From assembly GCF_009914755.1 (NCBI RefSeq), contig NC_060926.1: DNA of 64,000 bases. One strand, 5' to 3'. A model generated the notes under the pieces. That model had not been told where the DNA came from, did not search any database, and saw only the letters and a list, made by a program, of their open reading frames with translations. The position numbers were made by a program, and so were the translations under genes. Below are positions 50,680 through 63,700 of the stretch, piece by piece; the stretch's first letter is position 1; the number at the start of each line of letters is the position of its first letter. Origin of the DNA: the human T2T-CHM13v2.0 reference genome, Homo sapiens.

Positions 50680-51190
50680 CTCTTTTTAAAAATTGTGGTT
50701 AAACATATATAACAAAATCAACCATCTTAACCATTTTTCAGTATACAGTTGAGTGGCATTCGTGTTCATTCACACTGTTGTGCACCCGTCACCACCATCC
50801 ATCTCCAGAGTGCTTTCCATCTTGCAGATCTGAAACTCTGCACCCATTAAACAACAACTCCCCACTCTTCCCTCCCCGCAGTCCCTGGCAACCACCATTC
50901 TACTTTCTGTCTACACTGGGTACCTGATATGAATGGAATCATGCCGTATTTGTCCTTTTGTGACTGCCTTTTCTCGCTTAGCATAATGTCCTCAAAGTTC
51001 ATCTGTGTTGTAGCATGTGTCAGAATTTCCTTCTTTTTCAAGTGCTGAATAATATTCCATTGCATATGTGTGTCACAGTTGGTTTATCCACTCATCTGCT
51101 TATACACACTAGCGTTGCTTCCACCTTTTGGCTATTGTGAATAATGCTGCTATGAACACGGGTGTCCAATTAGCTCTTGGATGCACACTC
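50680..51190 (-). mobile_element. L1MB-type 3' fragment
   Basis: ttaaacaacaactcccc...ccctggcaaccaccattctactttctgtct; ORF 50847..51065 is an L1 C-terminal remnant. Confidence 0.75.
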
Positions 51191-51206
51191 CCGAAAAAGA
51201 AAAAAC

Positions 51207-51494
51207 AGCTGGGTGCAGTGGCTCACACCTGTAATCCCAGAACTCTGGGAGGCCAAGGTGGGGATCACTTGAGCCCAAGGGTTCAAAAGCAGCCTGGGCA
51301 ACATGGCAAAACCCTGTCTCTAAAAAAATACAAACATTACCCAGACATGGTGGCACATGCCTGTAGTCCCCACTACTCGGGAGGCTGAGATGGGAGGACC
51401 ACTTGAGCCCGGGAGGCAGACAGCCTTGATTTTGCCACTGCACTTCAGCATGGGTGACAGAGAGAGACCCTGTCTCAAAAAAAAGGGAAAAAAC
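51207..51494 (+). mobile_element. AluJ
   Basis: gctgggtgcagtggctcacacctgtaatcccag...gagcccgggagg...A-tail. Confidence 0.85.
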
Positions 51495-52663
51495 AAGACA
51501 AGGTTTCTCCTGGGGCTGTGCTTCAGACCCCATTAGGCAGTTGCTCTGCAAAATGCCTCATGAGTCACAGCTCTGTCAAACAGATGTGCACATGTTCCTA
51601 CCACTGTAGCATCCCTTGGGGGTTTGGTTCTGTTCACCCAAAATGAGTGGGAGTTTGGTTCTGAACACGCAGCACTAAGGGGACCTCAAAAAGGACACCT
51701 TATAGTACGAGAACTCAAAAAGGAAGGCAGAGTGTCACCTTGCTTGACCTCAGCTGGGAATGTGTGTTCATGTCTGGCAACTCAAGTTTTTCGCTGCTCT
51801 GAGCATGTCAATGGCTGTGAAAGTGCCAAGTGTATTAATTTGGGGGTTACAAATACATCTTAGCAAGTAGGTGAACTTGCAAATACAGAATCCAGGAGTT
51901 ATGAGGGTCCACTGTATTTTCAGTGTCGAAATTATCTTCCATCAAGTTGATAAAACCTCATTTACTCAATTAGGCCCTAGTCAGGGTATGTGAAGTGTTC
52001 TAGCTTTTTCCTATTACAAATGATGCTGCAGTGAATACCTTGCTGCAAAGAGAGTTCTCTCATTATAAACTGTTTCTGTGGCGTGAGTTCCCCAACTGGG
52101 CTCTCACCAGTAAGGGGATGTCGCTGCCCATGCCATTAGGCTCACCACATTCCCTACTAGGGACACATATTTGGCTTTGTCCTGGTCAACGAGACAGAGG
52201 GAAAGTCTACCTGGTGCCTAAGAAGGGGGTACAGGGCACAATGGTCCCTTTCTTGCTCTGGCCATTACTGTGCAGTGGTGAACCTGGAGCTGTGAAATGG
52301 AGGAGGAGAAAGAGGAAAGGAGCCTGCATCCCAGATGACACGACCGAGCTGCTGACCCAGATCGCAGGACACGAGATAGTGCATTTCCCTTCTGTTAAGG
52401 TCAGTCCCAGCCAGCGACAGCCCCTCCACAGCACTGCTGAGGAGCCCCTGGTCACCCATACCCCTCACCCTCTCTTCAGACACTCCACTGCCCCCCACGA
52501 CTCCCAGGCCAAACTCAGGACACCCACCCTCTGCCATTATGCCGGGCTCCCCAAGCCTCCACCACTTCCCCCAGTCCTGGGACTGGCAAACTATGAGTGA
52601 GACTCATTCACAGATTGTGACTTCATTTAGTGGATTATCAACCAGCATTAAGAACTGAAGCCA

Positions 52664-52955
52664 ACTGGGCATAATGGCTCACACTTGTAATCCCAGCACT
52701 TTGGGAAGCTGAGGTAGGAGGATTGCTTGAGGCTAGGCATTTGAGGCCAGCCTAGGCAACAAAATGAGATCCTGTCCCTAGAAAACATTTCAAAAAATTA
52801 ACAGCATGGTGACGCACACTTGTAGCCCTAGCTACTTGGGAGGCTGAGTGGGAGGATCCTTTGAGCCCAGGAGTTCGAGGCAGCAGTGAACTATACTTGT
52901 CAGCCTGGGTGACAGGGCAAGACTCTTTGTCTCTAAAAACAAAACAAAACAAAAA
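52664..52955 (+). mobile_element. AluJ
   Basis: ctgggcataatggctcacacttgtaatccc...tgagcccaggagttcgagg...(AAAAC)n tail. Confidence 0.85.
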
Positions 52956-55760
52956 GAACTTAAGCAGACTAGGATATAAAGTATAGGAGCGTATTGTGTA
53001 CAGGAACGGGAAATACTGTTTCCTGGATCTTTTGTTTCACTTACGCACACACCCACACCCGCCAGTAGTGTACCAGGTTGCGATGGAAATCTCTCTCTTT
53101 CTGTGGATGAGTTTGTGGAAGCCCTTGCTCCAGCATGCCCTCCTTCCTGCCCACCCCTGGACCATTCCTTCCCTTCACAGCACTGTCCCATGGGTAGGCC
53201 ACAGCCCAGCACAGGCCCCAGCCTGGCGGCTGCAGCAGGAGCCCCATCCCAGGGCCTGAGGGGCCATGCGGGGGTCTGGGTGGGAGTGGGAACCGCTGAG
53301 GAAGGTGAAGGGAAATATGGTGAGATGACAGGCCCGCTGTCAGGGAGAGTGGGAGGAGCCCTGGAGTGCCCTACCTCTGTGGGGCTGGAACTCCCTGTAT
53401 CCGAGCTAGGGTCTTCCACACGCATGCTCCTACCCCAAGTGCCACAGCTGGAGGTCAGGGACCCAGCCAGGCTGTGCTGGGTGCTCCTGGGCAGGGCTCA
53501 CCTGACTGCAAGTCTCCCTGTGGGTGGCTCAGAGACCCAGAGCCCACCTGGGTGCTGCTTACAGCCCATAAGGCAGCTCCCACCCGCGTGTCACTGGCCC
53601 TGCAGCCTCATGAAGCCTTGTGAGCAGCCATCCTTATCTCCTTTGTGCTTTGAATACAGGAGGATGCTGGCTCTAAAAGGCAGAGGGGCATCCTCAGTTA
53701 CCCAGCAGGGGCGTGGCAGGCCTGTCTCCAGTACCCCAAGAGGACCCTGAAAACAAGTAGCATTGCATGAAAGTTCCACACTCTGCAGTTCAACCTAGCA
53801 CACTTACAAACCCTGAGTCACTGCATCCTGGCTCATGGAGGGAGAATTTCCTTTTTCTGTGGCTTTAAGGCTAGCAGGAAATTGCCAGCCCAGGCCCCTA
53901 AGGCCTCCAGTGAGGGCCGGGTCTCATCTCCCACTGGATAACAGTGTTGTCGGGAACTTCCATCCAGCACTGGCGGACACTCCCGTCGCAGCTGCTCCTG
54001 ACTGAGCAAGTCATTTAAGGGGGTCCTTGGCACTCATAAGCACTCACAGAATGGGGCTGGCAGTGCGCCCGGCCTCCCTGGGATGGGTCCAGAATGGTAG
54101 GAAGCGCAGTCCGGGAGGGACCCTGAGTTAGGGCCAGGCATCCCCATTCCTGCTTCCTCCTCCCCGAGGACCACGTCTGCCCATTCCTCTTTTATTTTCT
54201 TTTGGTATATATATATATATATGTATATATAATTTTTCACACCATTATAATTCCTCTTTTTAAAAAAATATATATGTATGTATAACTTTCTTAGTAATTT
54301 CTGTAGTTACCGAATCTGGAAGGAAAACTAAGAGGCCACCAGGCAGGCCGTGTGATGGAAGGAGTGAGGGGAGAAGGAGCATCCATGCAGAGGGAACAGC
54401 ATGTGCAAAGATGAGGGTCAGTGAGGACGTGGTTTGTACAGGTAAATTCGAGGAGCTTTGAGGGCTGACAGGTAATGCTGGCTCTGGGGAGGTGTTGGGA
54501 GAAGAGAAGGGAAGGGAGGAGCCGTGTAATGAAAAGCTGTGCTCACCATCACTAAGGACTCTGGACTTAACCTGACAGTGGGGGTTTTAGGCAGTGGAGT
54601 GGCATGATCAAAGCCATTGCTGGATGCAGGGAGGAGGCTGGGATGAATGAGGCAGAGTTTGGGCTGGGGCATCCGTTATGAGTCTATAGAAATGGTTCAG
54701 GGAGGGGTCTCAGCTTATTGTAAGGCTTTCTTTAAAGTTGATGGAATGTTTTCTTCCCAGTTTCAAGGCACAGCAACTGTCGGTTGTGAGAGATGCTTCT
54801 GCTACCACTTCTATTGCTCACGGCAAGGCAAAATGTCAGTCTAGATTCAAGGAGGTGGAGAAATAGATTCCACTTCCTGATGAGAGAAGAATGAATGCAG
54901 AGTTTGCAACTCGTCTGTTAAAGGGAATGACAAAGATGCAAGAAGAGTTAAACTAAAGTTCATTCAGCTGGCAGTATCCAATCCAGTGGTGGGTGGCAGC
55001 AGTGCCAGGAATAGCATTCAGGCAGCAGCATTAATAGTGACATTTTTTGTTTTTCAGAATGTTTTAGGGTAGAACCTTGGCCATATTTCCAGCTTACCAG
55101 TTTCCCTTGTTTTCACCTATTTTCTGAGCCTGATTTTTCAGACTTCCCATTCACTTTGGAGTTGCATGATATCCTTTTAATAAATGCCCTTTCTGCTTAA
55201 TTTAGCCAGAGGCTGCTTCTGTTGTTTGCCTCTAAGGGTGCTGACTGATTCTTTGGTCAATAAGATAATCACCAAGGACTGTACAGTAAAATAAACAAGA
55301 TAATTTACTAAAGAGGAAATGCAGGTGGGTAATAACTCCTGAGAAATGTCTCACCTCACTTACGATAAAAACAAAACACATCTGAATTAAAACAGTAACA
55401 ACCAGATGCTTTTTTGTTTTTGCCTTTACAATTTGCAAATTCATCTAATCACAGCTGCAGAGGGTATGGTGAGACAAGCTTTCTTCTACTGCTAGTGGGA
55501 GAGTAAACTGACCTAACCTTTTTTCCTGTAGATTTCTTGGCTATATGTACTAAGATCTTAAAATGAGTTATCCTTTGTCACTTCCAGGAATTTAGTCTAA
55601 GCAAATACTTAGAAGTATGGAAAGAAATTTATGCACGAAGGTGTTCATATTTTAGTAAAAATTGGAAACTTGAATGAAATGAGGCAATTAAGATGTGATA
55701 TAATAAGATAATAAGCAGAAGCAACCCTTTCTTAGAAAGGTTTGTAAAGAACTGAGGATT

Positions 55761-56083
<323 letters not shown>

Positions 56084-56868
56084 TTAATGGAATAATATTG
56101 AGTGGTACATTGTTAAATAATAAATTAACCAAAAATTATACATGTGACATTTGTCGTTCATGATCCAGTGGGGAAAATAAACTACCCTGGACATTTTAAA
56201 CAAAGGGAATTTATTGTGGGAAATGCTTCACAGGTGATGAACAGCAGAGACCCAATCATCATGGAAGCAGCCCAGAGATGAGTCACAGCAGGAAGCCACT
56301 CCACCATCAGGGCTGCAGAAAGTGGCATTGGGAGAGGGCAGAGGATGGGCACTTGGTGGCAGCTAGAATCATGGAGGAGATGCAGCTACTGATGCAAAAC
56401 TGCTTCCTGAAGGAGAGAGATGGTCAAGTACCCTGCCTTATCCCTTCTTTTCACTACCCTGTCTCTTGCTGGTGTCTCCCACCGGCCATATCCAGCTGGA
56501 AGCCAATTGCCAATGGAACCATGGACAGGAAATGGATCTGAGTAGATGGACAATGACCACCACACAGCATGATCTCGACTAGATAAACATGATGCATGTT
56601 AAATGGTATTACTTCTGCTGACAGGGCGATATATGGCTTTTAGTTTCCTATGTTTTTCTGTATTTTCTAAAGAAACTGAACAATATTATTAAAATTAAAT
56701 AAGTGGAAAGTGTGTTTGTGGCAGATACAATAACGTTTTTAAAAAGATAATGTGTACGTAGGGAAAGATGGGATGTTGTTAAACAACAGACTTTTATATG
56801 CTGTGTCTCCCCGTGCTCCCTCCAGCTTTAGTCAGTGGCCCTAAAAGGGCTAGTGTCCTGGCTGCATG

Positions 56869-56887
56869 GGGCCAGCAGGGGGCGATC
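56869..56887 (+). promoter_or_regulatory. CTCF-binding motif, strong match
   Basis: GGGCCAGCAGGGGGCGATC matches the core CCAS(C/T)AG(G/A)(G/T)GGC consensus. Confidence 0.65.
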
Positions 56888-57233
56888 CAGTCTAGCACAA
56901 GGCCTTCCTTGACCGGCGGACTGTGGCTGGGATTTCCTTGCATTTCAGAGCAGGACCCTAGGGCAGGTGTCATCCTGTCAGCTAGCTCCTGCCCCCAAGA
57001 GGTTTGTCTCTGTCAGCCTCTAACTCAGAGCTGACCCTTCCTCCCATTTCAGGCAGGCTCTTACCAGGACTCATGAGAAAGCCAAGCCAAGCACCACTGG
57101 CACTCGAGGGTCCTTCCTTGTCCCTTTGGGTGATTGGCACGGTTGTCCACTGAGCCCAGAGCCTCACTGTGCTCATTAGGTGTAGCCTAAGGGCACTTGC
57201 ATGGAGGTGCCAGTGGTCACTGCTTAGAGCTCT

Positions 57234-57250
57234 CAGCCCTAGATGGCGTA
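57234..57250 (+). promoter_or_regulatory. Second CTCF-like motif, same orientation
   Basis: CAGCCCTAGATGGCGTA. Confidence 0.5.
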
Positions 57251-57589
57251 TCACAGTTAATGCTCTATAAAACCCATCATGGCTTTTCCCTAGTAAGCCT
57301 CAAATCGCTGCAAGCAAGGCTTCATATATGAGAGTTTCTGCTGTCTCCTGGAGCCATCTCACCCAAAGCCACTGACTCTGGGAGACCAGCCCAGGCCACA
57401 AACCAGCAAAGCACCAGTTATAGTTAGAGCTGCATTATAAAGTGGCCAGAGGACATTTCTTTGCAGTGAGATGTGTATCGTGAACGTTTGGGGCCTGTGC
57501 TCGCCTAGTCCTCATCTTTGCTTTTCTAGGTACACAAAGCCATCCCATGGCTGCAAATGTTAGCTGGGCTGGGCTCCCTACTTGCCTCA

Positions 57590-57870
57590 AGCCCCTTCAT
57601 AGACCCTTCAGGCACATGCTTTTCTCTGGACGTTTACAGACAGGTCCTCAGAGGTCAGAGCAGGTTGTCCTAGGGAGCAGGGAGGCTTCCTAGGGAGGTC
57701 AGACTCCAAATAGTGGATATGGCAAAAATGCAGCTGCAGACTCATGAGGAGTCGCCCTGGGCTGCCACTAGGGCTCCCACAGTGTGCGCTGCCAACCTGC
57801 TGCCCGTGCAGAAACTCTAGGGTAAGAGCTGGCTCCTGGAGTCCCACCCAGGCTGCGTGTCCCTCACAGT
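57590..57870. other. IGKDEL: Immunoglobulin kappa deleting element (Kde), germline configuration
   Basis: Contains the RSS below, CCTCAGAGGTCAGAGCAGGTTGTCCTA (57646-57672, recalled as the Kde clonality primer) and KREC-assay-like sites at 57804-57832 and 57851-57867. Confidence 0.93.
57778..57816 (+). promoter_or_regulatory. Kde recombination signal sequence (23-bp spacer)
   Basis: CACAGTG (57778-57784), 23-nt spacer tgcgctgccaacctgctgcccgt, nonamer GCAGAAACT (57808-57816). Confidence 0.95.
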
Positions 57871-58997
57871 CTGCTCTGTGTCTATGTGTGTGTGTTGGGG
57901 GGATATTATTGGACAATTCAAGGGAGGCTCAGTGAGGAGGAAGGAAAATTTCATGTAATTCTTTCTGGTTTGTCTTTCTCAACCCCCTCCTCCTGCCTAC
58001 TCCTTAACTGAGAGAGTGTACTATTATTTGTGTGACCCTTTTTTTCCTCCAATACACATAGAAGGTTGTATAATTATGCTTTTCTGTTTTGGAAAATGAC
58101 TTAAAATCATGTAAAGAAAAAGCTTACTTAGGTGAAATGTAGATAAAGAGATTGTGTCAGCAAAATATAATTCTTAAGGGTAACAAGGGCCATGGACGCA
58201 ATTTTAATTGTGAAAAATAAGCAGGATTTCATCAAAGTAAACTACTGCAGGTGAGAAAAGTTGAACTGCTGTAAATAAGCATTATCCTGGGCTGATAATG
58301 CTTACAAATGTTGATCCTGAAAATTCTTCAGGTACCTTTCAGAGCTGAGAGTTGTGCTCTCTGGGGTGACACTCAAAGGAAATTGGGTCCTTTTTTAAGC
58401 ATAATCTTCTTGGGTTTTTAGTACATTCTTATTTTTTATTGAAATATACAATGAAAATTCATCATAATACACTCTTACTCCTAAAAGAGATTGCTGTATC
58501 ATAGGACATGTGTGCATATGAAATTTTATATTTATGTTGAAAAGTTTTGAGGAGAAAAGAAGAATCCTTTCTCTAAGTAACTTTATAGATTTTGTTTTTA
58601 ATTGCACGCATACAACAAGTTCTCATTAATTATAAATTCAGTTCGTGGGCAAAATATATTTTCTGTGTGCCCCTTTCTATAGGAAACTTGCTGGATTATT
58701 TCTAATTCTGAGTCTGTATCTGAGTAATAATGACAATAAGTAAATGATCCCAAATATATTTATATAAGTAAGAGATTGCATTCTAGAACTTATTTTTTGA
58801 ATAATTTTCTATAATTAAAATGACAAACACTTTTGCAATCTGAATTTCATAGTAAGGATAATTCTAAACAAATTTTGAAAGTTTTGGTTTTAGAAGAAGT
58901 TCAAGAACTATTTGGCTCTGCACGGAGAGCTTACACAAGTTGTATCTCTAAGCCCTAGCTTCTTGCTATGCCTTTATTAACATACCAGTTTTGGGGT

Positions 58998-59079
58998 TAA
59001 AAACCTACTTTAGAGCTAAAATATTTTATTAAAAATTTAAAAAACCTACTTTAGAGATAAATATTTTATTAAAAATTTA
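58998..59079. repeat. ~42-bp tandem duplication
   Basis: aaaaacctactttagag(c/a)taaa(a)tattttattaaaaattta x2. Confidence 0.85.
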
Positions 59080-62000
59080 TCAGCCTGGGGGATATGGAGT
59101 GGTAGAGAGAATTACTTCCCATGGCTGCTCCCTTGCACTGTTTGAATATTTTACCAAATGCATGCATTGCCTTTCCAAAAGAAATGGAAATATTTTCAAT
59201 AATCAAATCAGTAAAATTTCTGATGCTTTTCAGTTTTTTATACCTACTTTTGCCTTTTTGAATATTCTCAAGAATGGAACTAGACAAATGTAAGTGATAA
59301 ATTAGAGAGAAGTGACTTTAACTTAAACATGCATCTGTGCCCAGACATACCCTTGTTAATTTATTAATATTTTAGACAATTGTCAGAATCTAAAGTATTT
59401 CCAGTTCTCAATCTAGAATGGCTAAGCTTATTTTTATGGTTCTACATGCCACTTGACAATAAAAGATCATTTATGATTCTAAGAAGCATTTGTCTCTCAA
59501 GTGGCATTGTAAATCAGTACAATCTTTTGAAAAGGAATTTAGTAACACATTTCAAAGGCCATGAAAATTCCACTCCCTGTAAGTGAATGATTTCAGTAAA
59601 TTTAAAAGTCAAACATTAGAAGGCATGCCATGTTGCCTTTCACAAAAATAATTCTGCTACCATCCCTGGAAGCTGTTGTTAGAAGGTCATGTTCAATAAG
59701 CTTACAATGTTTTCCTGATTGTTGTTTGTGTGACCATTAAAATTTCACCAGTATTGGGGAATTTTTACCTTTCAGATCATTTAGTTCCAACTGTTAGGAA
59801 GCAATTAGCTCTTATGTTCTTCTGGTTCGTGAAAGTATTTTACTTTGGGTGCAGGAGTAGGGTCTCTGGGGCCATGGAATGATCCACACAGGCCCTGGCA
59901 TGGGAGGGACTGGTTCCATCTCAATCTGAAAATCAGACAAAGGTTTATTTCTTACTTCTGTTATGCAATGTTGGCAGGTTGTTCTGACTCTTTTCCAGTT
60001 CCTGAATATTACTTGTTGTATAATAAAAATGATATTCTAACTAAAAATTTTAAAGAAAAAAATTTGCAATCTTGCAGTTTAATGCAACCATAGTCTTAGC
60101 ATTTTTGTCTGTGTTCTCTTTTCAATCTTTGTTTATAAACATATATGTTTCTACATAGAGCTGATTGTAAGAGGTATAGAATTCCACACTTTATAAATGC
60201 CTTGTTAATTTATTGTTTTCCATGTTGTCACATAGACTTCAGGGGTCTCCTCTCAACTGACTGCAAATTACTCACTGAGTTGGTGCCCCATTATGTCCTC
60301 GGTCATTTCCCCTATCGTTGAGCATTTACAACTTTTCTAATGATTGACTTTTAAATTTCTTGAAATTATTGAGTTAAAGGGAGCAGAATTTTAACAACTT
60401 TTGTTATGTGTCACTAAATCCCTTTTCAAAAGATTGTACTGATTTACAATGCCAATTAAATGTTTTACAAGTATTATTTTCCAACTATGTGAGGATTATT
60501 TTTGTTTATTTCCATATATCTCTATCTCTCCTCTCCAACCAGCCAAAAAATAAAAATAAAAATAAAAATAAAAGTACTCAAGGGTGAGTTAGGATATAGA
60601 CATACATATATGCTTATGTGTTTACATTTACTACGAATGTCTAAGCTTCAAATATTGAATTCTACAGATATTCTCTCACTGAGAGACAAGAATAACTGAC
60701 TTATCCAGGCTGCAAGTCTGGTGCTTGTTCTATTTGATAGTCTGATGCTGTAAGTTTTTTGTCACAAACTCTGAAGAGTAAAGTGGAAACTTTGACTTTT
60801 TGCTTCTGATTGCAGATTTCTATCCAAAGAGGGAGTTGAGGGAAATGCTTCCTGTTGTCCTAATTACACAGTACTAAGTGAACACTGGATATGGAGTCAG
60901 AAGGGAAAGTAGACTTGTGAGCCCATCACATATGGAGAAAACACTTTTGGTTCCCATTGTTGGCAGGGACAGGGAGGCAGGCCATGTTGCCTTTCACAAA
61001 AAAAAAAAAAAAAAAAAAAAATTCTGCTACCATCCCTGGGAGCTATTGTTAGAAGGTCATGTTCAACAAACTCGCAAAGTGTTTTCTTGATTGTTGTTTG
61101 TGTCACCATTACTCAACGTTGTGTAGAATGTAGTCAGGTGATATTATCCCCAATTTTATACCGAGACTTATTTTAGGTGGATTATATGACTCAGTCAGAA
61201 TCGCATCAAAGCAGAACCAGAACCAAGTTTGTTTTCAACTCCAGTGCTTCTTTCCGAAGTTTTATTTCCATTGTCAGCCACTTAACTATTTTAAAACGTA
61301 TCTTTTGGAATAGGGATCTCTCAATAGGAATCCACAGCAAAGATGAAGAGAAAACTAGATCAGTTGCCTTGGCAATTTTGTCCACTCAGACCAGGACATT
61401 CAGGGATTTCTAGATTGAATTTGTGTTTCCTTCTGACTACATTGTTGAAATGATCTGGATCATCTCCTAATCTTGCTCTTGGACTCTCTAGGTGTATTCT
61501 CAGTGTCTGTGAGGGAGGGCATGTGTTTTAAGCAGTAAATTCCTAAAGGCCTGTGGAGGCCCAAGGCCATGCACACTGAGGGAGTTGTGGATCAAGTGGC
61601 ATGATGGGCCCAGTCTATTTCTGGCAGAGCTGTTATTTTAGCTGTTATTCTCTTTGGCCAGTTATCTCCCTTAGAGTAGTGCCTCTTTAAATGCTTTTTC
61701 ATTTGGTGAAATCTAAAAATTTGTCTCTAAAAGGCATGCTGCCAGGCCTCTTTTCATATTAAAGTGGTCATCTCCACATTGTAGATAGTAAATCATGTTC
61801 AAAGAAAAGACCTTAAAAATTCTTCATATTGCCTTGCAGAAATCACAGTATTTTAGATGTGTTGGGGAGCTTCACAATCACTCAGTTTAACCCATTCATG
61901 TTACAGACAGGGAAACTGAGGCCTGGTGACTTTCCCAGTTATTAACAAGGTAGTGACTGAGAAGGGACTTCAGTTCGCTGTTTTTAATGACTGTATAGTG

Positions 62001-63299
62001 AGCATCTGATGTTTGGTCTTCTACAGAAAGGGAACAGAGTTGACTAAAGTGAAAATACCCTAGTTCAGACATCAGAGGCAAAAAAATTAATCATAATCAC
62101 AACAGCACCTTACAGTTGTGGAGTCCTTTATAGTTTTTAGACTCTTAGACACAGAGAAATAGAGAAATATAAATATGGAAAATAAGGTTTATTTGATATT
62201 TTATGAAATGGAACCCTAATTCACCAACATTTTTACCCCTTTATAGTACTGCAATAATTTGTTGTGAGACTCTGAAATCGTTTCTGAATTATCAGAGGAA
62301 GAAAATCATTTAAAAAAGGAAACCAGAGCTACTGGCTCTATCTTACTTCGGTCATGGTCTTTTAAAATCTATTCAATTTATTTTAACTAGACTAATTCAT
62401 TCTTAAAGTAAGTCAGCTAACATGGAATTTTCTGAGGTTACTTAAAAAATTTTGGAAATTTCCTTAGCTCTGCATGAAGTATTTTTATCTCTTCTTCTTC
62501 TTTTTTTTCTAAAGAAATAGTGTTTGTGGGTCTTGATAACTGCCCACAACAGATTTTATATCATCTGGTTTTGATAGAGCAAGGGGGTCTAATGAATGAT
62601 TGAAACTAACATTTATAAAATCTTTCAAATTTGAGAGGCAGGTTCTTGGAAGAAGGAGGATACAACAGAATGGCCTCTGTGTCACTGGTAGGACTCTGAA
62701 GACAGGACTTACTGCCTATGTTCCGACATGAAGAAACAGACTAGTGAAGTATGTTGTCAAAACTTTGAGAATTGTAAAGCAATGTTCACATGTAGGTTGA
62801 TAAAAATAACAGAAGAAGTTATGTTAACCTAGGTCCGACCCTAGGTGCTGTCATGTTGTCACTACCTTCATAATAAGCTTCAAAGAGGTGCTCTGTTATT
62901 ATCTTTAAAAATTACAGACGAGGAAACTAAGGTTTAGACAGTGTTAGTAACTTGCTCAGGGCCAGTCACTCAATGTGTGGCAGAGCTGGATTCCAAGTCA
63001 GTGCTGTCTGGCTCTAAAGCTTAGATTCTTTTCATTGCACTTTTATTATTAAACCAAAGAACTTATGATTAAAATATTTTCTGCTTTCCTTGACGATTTA
63101 TTTCAAGATCTAACCATTTCTTTTTCCTGGACATTCTGAGCAGGGAGCACTAGCTCTCAACTTCCCTGCCTCTACCCTCTGGCTGGGCTGCACCTTCTCC
63201 TGCTGCCTGTTCCTCCTGCTTCATCAGCACACAGTGGGACTATACATTAGCCAGGGTGTTAGACAGGCCCTCCCTGGACCTTGTCTTACTTTCCCCCTT

Positions 63300-63700
63300 G
63301 TGTTATGAGGACAAGCTCTGTAGTAACTACATTGAGAATCTTAGGAGCAAAGGCTCCCCACCCCCATGGGGGCACGTCAGTGACATTTGGCTCCTCCATT
63401 TTGCTTAAGAAACCTGTGACCAGACCCTCACCCCAGGCCCATAGTGAGAAAAGCCTGTTTTCATTTCTTCTTTCACCAAGCCCATCTGGATAGAGCAGGT
63501 GCAGGGCTAGGCTCTTAAAATAGAAGCCCTTGTTTCATGTGACGTGGCACGGTGGAAACTCCCTTGCTTCCTTGCCTGTTGATCAGATTAATGAAATGAT
63601 GAAGGTCTCTCCCCTCATCGTGGTGTTTTCTTGACTTCCTGTCATTGTCAGTTGACCTTTCTAGTTTCTTCATTTGTAAAATACAGGACTTGTTCTTCAT
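63300..63700. promoter_or_regulatory. Candidate IGK distal 3' enhancer (Ed)
   Basis: E-box CAGGTG 63496-63501; TGACGT 63540-63545; NF-kB site GGAAACTCCC 63554-63563; ETS-like ACTTCCTGT 63634-63642; lies on the C-kappa side of Kde. Confidence 0.6.

Noticed and set aside
52031-53750. 189-215-aa ORFs at 52031, 52832 and 53103
   Set aside because: Overlapping on both strands in GC-rich, partly Alu sequence; no recognisable domain or splice structure.
54040-54150. Minus-strand ATG...|GTGAGT segment (MGMPGPNSGSLPD...) as MALL exon 1
   Set aside because: No resemblance to the MALL N-terminus as recalled, and the donor is phase 1 while exon 2 needs phase 0.
63230-63236. CACAGTG near the candidate enhancer as a second deleting RSS
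   Set aside because: No nonamer at 12- or 23-nt spacing.
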